Of a stretch of 64,000 nucleotides of DNA, positions 1-8,912 are shown piece after piece. The DNA is from Ignavibacteriota bacterium (GTDB lineage Bacteria > Bacteroidota > Ignavibacteria > Ignavibacteriales > Melioribacteraceae). The notes below the pieces were generated by a model. It was not told where the DNA came from and made no database searches. It saw only the letters and a list, made by a program, of their open reading frames with translations. Both the position numbers and the translations under genes were made by a program. Each line of letters opens with the position of its first letter. Position 1 is the stretch's first letter. The DNA lies in assembly GCA_013112585.1 (NCBI GenBank), contig JABFGH010000016.1:5330-69329 (forward strand), read 5' to 3'.

Positions 1-1
1 G

Positions 2-886
2 GAACTTAAACAAGAAGTGTTTTCAAATCTTGACAAACTTTCCGGAAGCGAAACCATCTTATGCTCCAACACATCCTCACTGTCAATTACTTCTATTGCG
101 GCTGCATGTGAAAATCAAAGCCGAGTAATCGGCACCCATTTTTTTAATCCCGCTCCACTGCTTCCCTTGGTAGAAATTGTTCCGGGTATTGAAACTTCCG
201 CAGAGACTGTAAATGAAGTAAAGGAGCTAATTGCAGCTTGGGGTAAGTCGCCGGTTATTGCCAAGGATACACCCGGGTTTATTGTGAACCGAGTTGCTCG
301 ACCTTTTTACGGCGAAGCTCTAAGGATTTTAGAAGAGTCAATTGCTGATGTCCCCACAATTGATTGGGCACTGAAAAAATTCGGCGGATTTAAAATGGGT
401 CCTTTTGAATTGATGGATATGATCGGCAACGATGTCAACTTTTCTGTAACTGAAACTGTGTTCAAAGAATTTTATTACGATCCGAGATTCAAGCCGTCGT
501 TAATTCAAAAGAGATTGGTTGAGGCAAAACATTTCGGCAGAAAATCGGGCAAGGGGTTTTATGATTACTCGGATGGCGCTGCCGCACCTCAACCGGTTGA
601 AGATGAAAAACTTGGAAAAGAAATTGTTAATAGAATTTTAAGCATGTTAATAAACGAAGCTGCTGATGCTGTTTATATGAATATTGCATCGAAGGAAGAT
701 GTTGATCTGGCAATGACAAAAGGCACCAACTATCCTAAAGGATTACTGAAATGGGCTGATGAAATTGGAATTAAAAACGTGGTACATTCTTTAACTGAAC
801 TTAAAGAATTTTATGATGAAGACAGATACAGAGTAAATCCATTATTAAAAAACATGGCAAAGAATAATTTAAAGTTTTATGAATGA
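2..886 (+). CDS. paaH: 3-hydroxyacyl-CoA / 3-hydroxybutyryl-CoA dehydrogenase, C-terminal part (5' end lies outside the window)
   Basis: The reading frame is open to the window edge. The sequence FFNPAPLLPLVEIV...TPGFIVNRV...G.F.L.D.IG.D is typical of the HBD/FadB NAD-binding and C-terminal domains. It sits in a paa-like operon. Confidence 0.8.
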   Translation, partial: ELKQEVFSNLDKLSGSETILCSNTSSLSITSIAAACENQSRVIGTHFFNPAPLLPLVEIVPGIETSAETVNEVKELIAAWGKSPVIAKDTPGFIVNRVARPFYGEALRILEESIADVPTIDWALKKFGGFKMGPFELMDMIGNDVNFSVTETVFKEFYYDPRFKPSLIQKRLVEAKHFGRKSGKGFYDYSDGAAAPQPVEDEKLGKEIVNRILSMLINEAADAVYMNIASKEDVDLAMTKGTNYPKGLLKWADEIGIKNVVHSLTELKEFYDEDRYRVNPLLKNMAKNNLKFYE

Positions 887-1322
887 TAAAGAACTTGCGA
901 AAAAAGTTGTAAGCCGAATGCTTGAGCATGATGAGTTTTCTAAATGGCTTGGAATAGAAGTACTGAACATTTCTCCGGGCTATTCAAAACTCAAAATGAA
1001 AGTGCGTAAAGACATGCTCAACGGATTTCATACTTGTCACGGCGGAATAACATTTTCCCTTGCCGACAGTGCACTTGCATTTGCATCCAACAATCACGGC
1101 AGAGTTGCGGTAGCATTGGAAACAAGTATAGCTTTTCCAGCACCTGTTGTTGAAGGAGATGAGCTTACAGCAATTGCAAAGGAACAAAGCAAAGGCAATA
1201 GTGTCGGGGTTTATAATGTTTCGGTTGTAAATCAAGCCGGAGTTAAAGTAGGAATTTTCCGCGGAACGGTTTATAGAACTAAGAAAGAATATTTTCCCGA
1301 AGAAAAAATTGAAAAGGATTAA
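879..1322 (+). CDS. paaI: PaaI-type hotdog-fold thioesterase (hydroxyphenylacetyl-CoA thioesterase family)
   Basis: 147 aa with HGGITFSLADSALAFA, the PaaI/4HBT hotdog motif. It overlaps the upstream gene by 8 nt, consistent with operon coupling. Confidence 0.75.
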   Translation: MNDKELAKKVVSRMLEHDEFSKWLGIEVLNISPGYSKLKMKVRKDMLNGFHTCHGGITFSLADSALAFASNNHGRVAVALETSIAFPAPVVEGDELTAIAKEQSKGNSVGVYNVSVVNQAGVKVGIFRGTVYRTKKEYFPEEKIEKD

Positions 1323-2531
1323 ATGAAATCAGAAGCATACATCATTGATGGAATTAGAACTCCGATCGGCAAACTCGGCGGAATACTTTCCTCTGTTCGC
1401 GCAGATGATTTAGCAGCATTAACCATTAAAAAAATATTAGAACGAAACCCTTCAATTGATCCATCGAAAATTGATGATGTAATTTTGGGATGCGCAAACC
1501 AGGCAGGCGAGGATAATAGAAATATTGCTCGTATGGCGTTGCTGTTAGCCGGACTGCCAAGTTCCGTTCCCGGCGAAACTGTAAACCGCTTATGTGCATC
1601 GGGCATGAGCTCTGCTGTGCATGCATCAAGAGCAGTTAGGCTTGGTGACGGTGATCTGTATATTGCAGGCGGAGTTGAGAACATGACACGAGCGCCGCTT
1701 GTTCAATCGAAAGCCTCATCAGCTTTTTCAGGCAGGGTACAAATTTATGATTCTACACTCGGCTGGCGTTTCCCTAATCCAATTATGAAAGATATCTATG
1801 GAACAGAAGCCATGGGCGAAACAGCAGAAAATCTTGTTGAGATGTTTGAAATTTCGCGGGAGGAACAAGATAAATTTTCATATAACTCGCAAATGAAAGC
1901 CGCGGCTGCACAAGCAAACGGCAGACTGGCAAAGGAAATTGTTGCTGTTGAAATTCCGCAAAGAAAAGGTAATGCAATTATTTTTGATAAGGATGAATTT
2001 GTAAAACCGAACACCACTGTTGAAATTCTCTCAAAGTTAAAGCCTGCTTTTAGAAAAGGCGGATCGGTTACTGCCGGAAATTCTTCGGGACTTAACGACG
2101 GTTCCGCGGCAATGATTGTTGCCTCTGAAAAATCAATAAAGGATTTTAGTTTGAAACCGCGAGCTAAAATTTTAGGTTCCGCTGTCGTTGGTGTTGAGCC
2201 AAGAATTATGGGTATAGGTCCGGTTAACGCAGCCAAAAAAGTTTTGCAAAGCACCGGACTAACATTAAACGAAGTGGATGTTATTGAATTAAACGAGGCT
2301 TTTGCCGGACAAAGTTTAGCTGTTTTAAAAGAGTTAAAAATTGACGCAGACGATGAACGGTTAAATCCAAACGGAGGAGCAATTGCTCTTGGTCATCCGC
2401 TTGGCATGTCGGGCAGCAGATTACTAATTACTGCCATGATCGAACTAGAAGAAAGAAAAGCAAGGTACGCACTTTGCACAATGTGCATTGGTGTTGGGCA
2501 AGGTATGGCGGCAATAATTGAAAGAGTATAA
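1323..2531 (+). CDS. paaJ: acetyl-CoA acyltransferase / 3-oxoadipyl-CoA thiolase
   Basis: 402 aa. Thiolase signatures are present: NRLCASGM (active-site Cys), NPNGGAIALGHPLG and CIGVGQG at the C-terminus. Confidence 0.88.
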   Translation: MKSEAYIIDGIRTPIGKLGGILSSVRADDLAALTIKKILERNPSIDPSKIDDVILGCANQAGEDNRNIARMALLLAGLPSSVPGETVNRLCASGMSSAVHASRAVRLGDGDLYIAGGVENMTRAPLVQSKASSAFSGRVQIYDSTLGWRFPNPIMKDIYGTEAMGETAENLVEMFEISREEQDKFSYNSQMKAAAAQANGRLAKEIVAVEIPQRKGNAIIFDKDEFVKPNTTVEILSKLKPAFRKGGSVTAGNSSGLNDGSAAMIVASEKSIKDFSLKPRAKILGSAVVGVEPRIMGIGPVNAAKKVLQSTGLTLNEVDVIELNEAFAGQSLAVLKELKIDADDERLNPNGGAIALGHPLGMSGSRLLITAMIELEERKARYALCTMCIGVGQGMAAIIERV

Positions 2532-2561
2532 AATATTTTTAACAAAAAATGTAGTTAGAAA

Positions 2562-3155
2562 ATGATTTATGAATTTAACGGTATCAAGCCGGTCATTCAC
2601 GAAAGTGCTTTCATTCATCCGCAGGCAGTTGTTACGGGGAATGTTATAATCGGTAAAGATGTGTATGTGGGTCCAAGTGCCGCATTGCGCGGGGACTGGG
2701 GCGGGATAGTAATTGAAGATGGATGCAATGTTCAGGAGAACTGCACGATACACATGTTTCCGGGAGTTACAGTGCTGCTTAAAGAGAGCGCTCACATTGG
2801 TCATGGTGCAATAATTCACGGGGGAACAATCGGCAGAAATTCTCTGGTTGGAATGAATGCGGTTGTAATGGATAATGTTATTGTTGGCGATGAATGCATC
2901 ATTGGGGCTTTATGCTTTGTCCCCGAGGGTATGAAAATTCCGAATAGGAAAATTGTTGTTGGTAATCCGGCAAAAATAATTAAAGATGTAAGTGATGAAA
3001 TGATAAAGTGGAAAACGGAAGGCACCAAATTGTATCAGCAGCTTCCGGCTGAACTTTATCAAACCTTAAAAGAATGTGAGCCTTTAAGAAAGGTGTCTGC
3101 TAATAGACCCGCACAAAAAGTTGATTATAAAACCTGGAAAAACACAAATAAGTGA
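2562..3155 (+). CDS. paaY: hexapeptide-repeat (gamma-carbonic-anhydrase-like) protein, PaaY-like
   Basis: 197 aa left-handed beta-helix pattern (F.HP.A.V.G.V.IG....VGP.A.LRGD......IG...N.Q). It is placed in paa context. Confidence 0.7.
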   Translation: MIYEFNGIKPVIHESAFIHPQAVVTGNVIIGKDVYVGPSAALRGDWGGIVIEDGCNVQENCTIHMFPGVTVLLKESAHIGHGAIIHGGTIGRNSLVGMNAVVMDNVIVGDECIIGALCFVPEGMKIPNRKIVVGNPAKIIKDVSDEMIKWKTEGTKLYQQLPAELYQTLKECEPLRKVSANRPAQKVDYKTWKNTNK

Positions 3156-3291
3156 TCCGGAAACTTGATAAATTTTCGGTGTTCAGCAATAAAATTACAA
3201 GCCTTACAAAAATATTTTTTCTTCAATAAAATTTTCCTTGTATTCATATTAATTTTGATTTACATTCGTCATCTTTTTTTTTGAGGTTTAA

Positions 3292-4260
3292 GTGATAACA
3301 GTGCTGTGGGCTGGGTTTATTGTTTTGGTAATCTTTCTGCTTGCTCTCGATTTAGGGGTTCTAAATCGTAAAGAGCATGTTATAGGAATTAAAGAAGCCT
3401 TTCTTTGGTCAGCGTTCTGGATTTTCTTAAGCCTACTTTTCAGCGCTGCCGTTTACTTCATTTATGAAAATCATTTGTTCGACATTGGGCTTTACGCAAG
3501 CGGTACAATTTCGGGGCATCAGGCACTTATTCAATACCTTACCGGCTACATTATTGAAAAGTCATTAAGCCTTGATAATATTTTTGTTATCGCACTCATC
3601 TTCGGTTATTTTAAAGTTCCGGCAATATATCAGCACCGAGTTTTATTTTGGGGTATTGTTGGTGCTGTGGTTTTAAGGGGTGTAATGATTTTAGCCGGGG
3701 CTGTGTTAATAAATAATTTTAGCTGGATAGTTTATGTCTTTGGGGGGTTCTTGATAATTACTGCACTACGAATGCTTAAATCAAATCATGAAGAAATTGA
3801 TCCTGATAAAAGTGTGCTGGTTAGGTTGGCAAGAAAACTGTATCCTGTAACAAAAGATTTTCATGGAAAAAATTTCTTTGTAAAAGTAAATAATAAAAAA
3901 GCGGCAACTCCGTTATTTATTGCTCTGCTTGTGGTTGAAAGCAGCGACATACTTTTTGCCGTTGATTCTATTCCGGCAATATTTGCAATTACACGTGATC
4001 CTTTTATAGTATTCACATCAAATATTTTTGCCGTTCTCGGACTCCGCGCCTTATACTTTGCTTTAGCTGCAATGATAACTAAGTTTTACTATCTAAAATA
4101 TAGTTTAGTTATTATATTGCTATATGTTGGAGTAAAAATGCTTCTTACATATTACTATCATATCAACTCGCTAATATCGTTAGCAATAATAATAATTGTA
4201 CTTTCAACCGGAATCATTGCTTCGATGATTAAGAGTAAAAATGATTCTTACATAAAGTAA
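3292..4260 (+). CDS. TerC/Alx family integral membrane protein
   Basis: 322 aa, multi-span. It carries the TerC-type motifs EKSLSLDNIFV and ESSDILFAVDSIPA. GTG start lies 5 nt after GAGG. Confidence 0.82.
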   Translation: MITVLWAGFIVLVIFLLALDLGVLNRKEHVIGIKEAFLWSAFWIFLSLLFSAAVYFIYENHLFDIGLYASGTISGHQALIQYLTGYIIEKSLSLDNIFVIALIFGYFKVPAIYQHRVLFWGIVGAVVLRGVMILAGAVLINNFSWIVYVFGGFLIITALRMLKSNHEEIDPDKSVLVRLARKLYPVTKDFHGKNFFVKVNNKKAATPLFIALLVVESSDILFAVDSIPAIFAITRDPFIVFTSNIFAVLGLRALYFALAAMITKFYYLKYSLVIILLYVGVKMLLTYYYHINSLISLAIIIIVLSTGIIASMIKSKNDSYIK

Positions 4261-4320
4261 AGTTTCAAATCATAGACAATACTTAAAAAACTACTTACAA
4301 ATTATAGCCGGTAAACAAAA

Positions 4321-5427
4321 ATGGAAACCAACAATCAACACGAAATAAATTTTGAAAATAAACCCTATGACTTAATAGATGGCGCATCGGGTGCAGGGTT
4401 CGACATAGAAGCCGAAGTCGAAAAGCAGCGTAAAATAATTTTAGATCATGATTACCCTCTAGAGGAGAGGCTTGAAGCTTTTGAGGATATTATCGACTCG
4501 GAGGTTGGAGATACAAACTTAGTTAGAGCAAGAAATATTGAGCGTGAAGTAGGACTAAGACAAATTTACTTAAAATTTGAAGGCGGCAATCCAACTGGAA
4601 CGCAGAAAGACCGGATTGCATTTGCCCAGGCTATGGACGCACTGCGCCGAGGTTACGATACAATTACTCTTGCTACATGCGGTAATTACGGCGTTGCCTG
4701 TGCATTAGCAGCATCAATTGCCGGATTAAGATGCATAATCCATGTACCCGAAAATTATCATGCCCAACGAATAAAAGAGATGTCGGAACTGGGTGCCGAA
4801 ATAATTAGGGCAAAAGGTGATTACGAAAGTGCAGTTGAAATATCATCGGAATACGCGGATAAAAATGAACACTATGATGCTAACCCCGGCGGCAACAACA
4901 TTGCTTTACAGCTTAAAGCCTATGGCGAAATTGCTTATGAAATTTATGATGAGTTACGCGATGCACCAAAAGTATTAGCTGTGCCGGTTTCCAACGGTAC
5001 TACTTTAGCAGGTATTTACCGCGGCTTTTTAAGTTTATATAAACGAGGCAAAACTTCCCGCATGCCTAAGTTTGTTGCAGGCTCTTCATTCATGAAAAAT
5101 CCAATTGTACAAGCAGTAATTCATAATAAAGAAAAGTGCGAAGATTTAATTCCGGAAAAAATTAAAGAGTCGAAAATAAATGAACCGCTAATTAATTGGC
5201 ATTCAATAGATGGCGATTTAGCTTTAGATGCAGTTAGAAAAACTAACGGCTGGGCTATTAATGCATCTGATAAAAGCATGATCTCTTATTCAAAATTAAT
5301 CCGGGAAAAAGAAGGTATGTCGGTGCTTCCCGCCTCAACAGTCGGTTTAATTTCTTTACTGGATAGGCATAAAAAGGAACCGATTTCAAATGACAGATTT
5401 GTAGTAATATTAACAGGGAGAAAATAA
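4321..5427 (+). CDS. pyridoxal-phosphate-dependent enzyme (Trp-synthase beta-like fold, threonine synthase / cysteine synthase-like)
   Basis: 368 aa. FEGGNPTGTQKDRIA matches the PLP-lysine motif (NPTGS.KDR) of fold-type II enzymes. Confidence 0.7.
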   Translation: METNNQHEINFENKPYDLIDGASGAGFDIEAEVEKQRKIILDHDYPLEERLEAFEDIIDSEVGDTNLVRARNIEREVGLRQIYLKFEGGNPTGTQKDRIAFAQAMDALRRGYDTITLATCGNYGVACALAASIAGLRCIIHVPENYHAQRIKEMSELGAEIIRAKGDYESAVEISSEYADKNEHYDANPGGNNIALQLKAYGEIAYEIYDELRDAPKVLAVPVSNGTTLAGIYRGFLSLYKRGKTSRMPKFVAGSSFMKNPIVQAVIHNKEKCEDLIPEKIKESKINEPLINWHSIDGDLALDAVRKTNGWAINASDKSMISYSKLIREKEGMSVLPASTVGLISLLDRHKKEPISNDRFVVILTGRK

Positions 5428-6500
5428 TGCAGAATTATCCAACAGGAATTGCAATTGTTTATTGCGAAGGTGCTTACAATACAACCAACGGAAAAACAGC
5501 TCATGGTTTAGTAAGGTTTACAAAGCGGTATGATGTCCGGTGCGTAATTGATTCTCGTTATGCAGGTAAAGATTCGGGACTGGTATTAGACGGAAAAGAA
5601 AATGGAATTCCTATTATTGCAGCACTTAAGGATGCGGTTAAGTACATTAGAGAAAATGGAGAGGAGCCTACCCACTTTGTTGTAGGCTTAGCCCCTGACG
5701 GTGGAAGATTAAGCGAAGAAGCGGAAAAAGATGTTAGAAAAGCATTAAGACTTGGGCTTAATGTTGACAGCGGTCTGCATGATTTTTTAACCGAAAAAAG
5801 AAAAATGAGAGAACTTGCCGCTAAGCATAATGTAGTTATCAGAGATATAAGAAAACCGATCCACAGAGATGACCTTCACTTTTTTGAAGGAAAAATTGAA
5901 AAAGTTGACTGCCTTAAAGTAGCATTGCTCGGTACTGATTCGGCAATTGGTAAGAGAACAACTGCCTGGATTTTGGTACAGGCACTTCAAGATGCGGGTT
6001 ATAAAGCACAACTAATTGGAACTGGACAGACTGCATGGCTGCAGGGTGCCGCTTATTCCATCATAATGGATACACTTGTAAATGATTTTGTTGCCGGAGA
6101 AATTGAACACGCTGTTTATTCAGCATGGGAAAATGAAAAGCCTGAGGTGATTGTTATTGAAGGGCAGGGAAGTTTAATGAACCCTGCTTACCCCGGAGGC
6201 TTTGAAATTTTAGCCGCCGGCAGACCGGATGTTGTTGTGCTTCAGCATGCGCCCGCAAGAAAAGAGTATGACGGATTCCCCGGTTACCCATTACACCCGC
6301 TGCCCAAACAAATTGAAGCAATAGAATTAATATCGGGTAAAAAAGTTGTTGCCGTTACTATAAATCATGAAAACATAAGTGATGATAAAATAGCCGATGT
6401 ATGTGCTGCAGTTGAAAAAGAAGTGAATCTCCCCGCCTTTGATGTTCTAAAAACAGGGGGAGATGAATTAGCTAAAATTATATTAAAGTATAAAAAGTGA
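5427..6500 (+). CDS. DUF1611-family protein (DgcN-like putative N-acetyltransferase)
   Basis: 357 aa. GTDSAIGKRTT is a P-loop-like segment typical of DUF1611. The start overlaps the upstream stop (TAATG). It neighbours a dipeptide-epimerase-family gene, as in DgcN/DgcA pairs. The family call is from memory. Confidence 0.6.
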   Translation: MQNYPTGIAIVYCEGAYNTTNGKTAHGLVRFTKRYDVRCVIDSRYAGKDSGLVLDGKENGIPIIAALKDAVKYIRENGEEPTHFVVGLAPDGGRLSEEAEKDVRKALRLGLNVDSGLHDFLTEKRKMRELAAKHNVVIRDIRKPIHRDDLHFFEGKIEKVDCLKVALLGTDSAIGKRTTAWILVQALQDAGYKAQLIGTGQTAWLQGAAYSIIMDTLVNDFVAGEIEHAVYSAWENEKPEVIVIEGQGSLMNPAYPGGFEILAAGRPDVVVLQHAPARKEYDGFPGYPLHPLPKQIEAIELISGKKVVAVTINHENISDDKIADVCAAVEKEVNLPAFDVLKTGGDELAKIILKYKK

Positions 6501-6542
6501 TCAGTGAAATAATTTTACTGATAACTAATTTTGAGGAAAATA

Positions 6543-8903
6543 ATGAAGGGAAATAACTTATCAATACTTGAATGTAAGGAGCTAAAAGGGCTGCAGGCAT
6601 TTGATTGCTTGGAAGTAGGTCCGGTAAAGCTTAAAAAAGAGAGCATTACAATTCCTTACACAGTTGTAAATAAAAAGAAGAGAGAGACAACAGAACTTAT
6701 CTATACCTACGAAGCAGAAGTTTTTGATCCCAAGGATGATTCACATATTAACTTAGCCGGAATGATTGGTGCGCAGGTTGCATTAAACTATGGACTCTTC
6801 TGCAATAAAATTTTGTTCATTGGAATGTTCGATAACATTGATAGAGCGGCTCTGAAGGATTGGGCTGAAAACACAGCAAAAGAAATTTATGTGAAAAAAT
6901 TTCTTGAACCCAACCCTTTTCTTAAGGAGCCATTTAAGAACATGGAAGCAATTAAGTTAAGAAGTTATCTGCGTGCCGAACTGGAGTTTCAGGAAAGTGA
7001 TCAGGAGCCTGTTAAAACTAAGTGGGAGTTTTGGAATACCGACAGGCAAAAACATTGTGTGCTGTCTAGCGGCGGCAAAGATAGCCTTCTAACATACGGA
7101 TTAATTAACGAGATTGGATATGAAACTTACCCATACTTTGTTAATGAATCGGGACGGCATTGGTTTACTGCTATAAATTCATACAAATACTTTAAAGCTA
7201 ATATAAAGGGAACCGGAAGGGTTTGGACAAATTCCGACAGAGTGTTTTCATGGATGCTTAAACACCTTCCTTTTATCAGAGAGAATTATTCCTCAATAAG
7301 GGCAGATATATATCCTGTCAGGCTTTGGACAGTTGCCGTATTTCTATTCGGTGTTTTACCGCTGATGAGAAAGCATGGTGTAGGCAGGCTGCTGATTGGT
7401 GATGAATATGATACATCAACAAAAGTAACACACAAAACAATTCCGCATTTTGATGGTTTGTATGATCAAAGCAGGTATTTTGATGAGCAGATGTCGAGAT
7501 TTTTTATGCGTAAAGGCTGGGCTATTTCCCAATTCTCCGTGCTTCGTCCACTATCGGAAATGTTAATTGAAACAATACTTGCCAAACGCTATCCGCACCT
7601 TTTGGAAAACCAGGTTTCATGTCATTCTGCTCACAAAGATGGTGAACGTATTAAACCATGCGGTAAATGCGAAAAATGCAGAAGGATTGTTGGAATGCTT
7701 ACGGCTATTGATGTTGATGCCAAACTATGCGGGTACACCGACGAGCAGATTAAAAGCTGCCTTGCTCAAATAAGCAAACATCATGTTCATCAAGAAGCGG
7801 CAGGTTCAGAGCACTTGATGACGCTACTTCATAAAAAGGGTTTGGTCGATTTAGATGAAACACTGTTAAAAAAAATAAAAGAGCATCCCGAAATACTTCA
7901 AGTAAGATTCGATCAAGAAAGATCCCCAATGATAGGCATACCGGAAGAGTTGAGAAAACCCCTTTATAAAATATTTTTAGAATACTCAAACGGAGCTGTA
8001 AGAAAAGTATCAAGAAGCTGGAAAGAAATTGATCCATTCAAAGATCCATCATTTCAAAGACCTTATCCTTTTGAATTTAATAAAGAACAAAAGCCCGCAA
8101 AGCGGCAATCAAAAATGCTGGGCGGTAAATATATGTGGAGCGAATTAACCTGGGAGGAAGCCGAGGCAAGACTAAAAACCGTTGATGTAGCTCTGCTTCC
8201 CGTTGGAGCTATTGAACAGCACGGACCTCATCTTCCGCTGGATGTTGATGCTTATGATGCTGATTATCTTGCAAAAAAAGTCGCCGAAGCATGCAGCGAC
8301 CCAAAGCCTTTTGTGCTTCCCCTTTTATCTTACGGAGTTTCATATCATCACGATGATTTTCAAGGCACAATTAGTATATCAAATAATACACTTGCACAAC
8401 TGGTTTATGAAATAGGAATGAACATTGCTAGACAAGGAATTAATAAACTGGTAATAATTAATGGTCACGGCGATAACGCACCAACACTAAATTATGCTGC
8501 ACAGCTTATAAATCGTGATGCTAAAATATTTGTTGCCGTTGATACAGGCGAAACAAGCGATGTTGATTTGGAAGACCTTTCCGATACGCCTAATGATGTT
8601 CACGCAGGGGAAATTGAAACGAGTACTACTCTTGCAATTAGACCCGAAATGGTGCAGATGGATAAAGCCCGTAAAACTATACTCAGTTTTTCAAGCAGGT
8701 ACTTGAATTTTTCTTCTATCCGTAATGTGCCCTGGTATGCTCATACAAAAAAAATATCCGATTCCGGCACTATGGGCGATCCCACCAAAGCAAATGCTAA
8801 TAAGGGTAAAAAGATGTGGGAAATAATGGTTGCACACCTTGTTGCGTTTGTAGAGGACTTAAAAGATTTATCACTTAAAGAAATTCATCAAAAAAAATAT
8901 TGA
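6543..8903 (+). CDS. fusion protein: N-terminal region of unknown function + PP-loop (QueC-like) ATP pyrophosphatase domain + C-terminal creatininase-family amidohydrolase
   Basis: SSGGKDS PP-loop, followed about 190 aa later by a Cys cluster C.SAH......PCGKCEKCRR (QueC-like Zn site). The C-terminal 250 aa carry LLPVGAIEQHGPHLPLDVD, INGHGDN and HAGEIETS (creatininase family). ATG at 6543 lies 5 nt after GAGGA and is preferred over TTG at 6531. Confidence 0.6.
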   Translation: MKGNNLSILECKELKGLQAFDCLEVGPVKLKKESITIPYTVVNKKKRETTELIYTYEAEVFDPKDDSHINLAGMIGAQVALNYGLFCNKILFIGMFDNIDRAALKDWAENTAKEIYVKKFLEPNPFLKEPFKNMEAIKLRSYLRAELEFQESDQEPVKTKWEFWNTDRQKHCVLSSGGKDSLLTYGLINEIGYETYPYFVNESGRHWFTAINSYKYFKANIKGTGRVWTNSDRVFSWMLKHLPFIRENYSSIRADIYPVRLWTVAVFLFGVLPLMRKHGVGRLLIGDEYDTSTKVTHKTIPHFDGLYDQSRYFDEQMSRFFMRKGWAISQFSVLRPLSEMLIETILAKRYPHLLENQVSCHSAHKDGERIKPCGKCEKCRRIVGMLTAIDVDAKLCGYTDEQIKSCLAQISKHHVHQEAAGSEHLMTLLHKKGLVDLDETLLKKIKEHPEILQVRFDQERSPMIGIPEELRKPLYKIFLEYSNGAVRKVSRSWKEIDPFKDPSFQRPYPFEFNKEQKPAKRQSKMLGGKYMWSELTWEEAEARLKTVDVALLPVGAIEQHGPHLPLDVDAYDADYLAKKVAEACSDPKPFVLPLLSYGVSYHHDDFQGTISISNNTLAQLVYEIGMNIARQGINKLVIINGHGDNAPTLNYAAQLINRDAKIFVAVDTGETSDVDLEDLSDTPNDVHAGEIETSTTLAIRPEMVQMDKARKTILSFSSRYLNFSSIRNVPWYAHTKKISDSGTMGDPTKANANKGKKMWEIMVAHLVAFVEDLKDLSLKEIHQKKY

Positions 8904-8912
8904 TTAAAAAAA

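Noticed and set aside
984-2254. Minus-strand ORFs 984-1235, 1319-1684, 1426-1629, 1783-1977 and 1796-2254
   Set aside because: They lie antisense inside the well-supported paaI and thiolase genes. Their composition is low-complexity or odd, and they have no motifs. They are shadow ORFs.
3156-3291. Possible yybP-ykoY (Mn2+) riboswitch upstream of the TerC gene
   Set aside because: TerC/Alx genes often carry this riboswitch. The 136-bp leader is almost pure AT and lacks the conserved GGGGAGTAG / GTCAAC..TTGACA-type elements.
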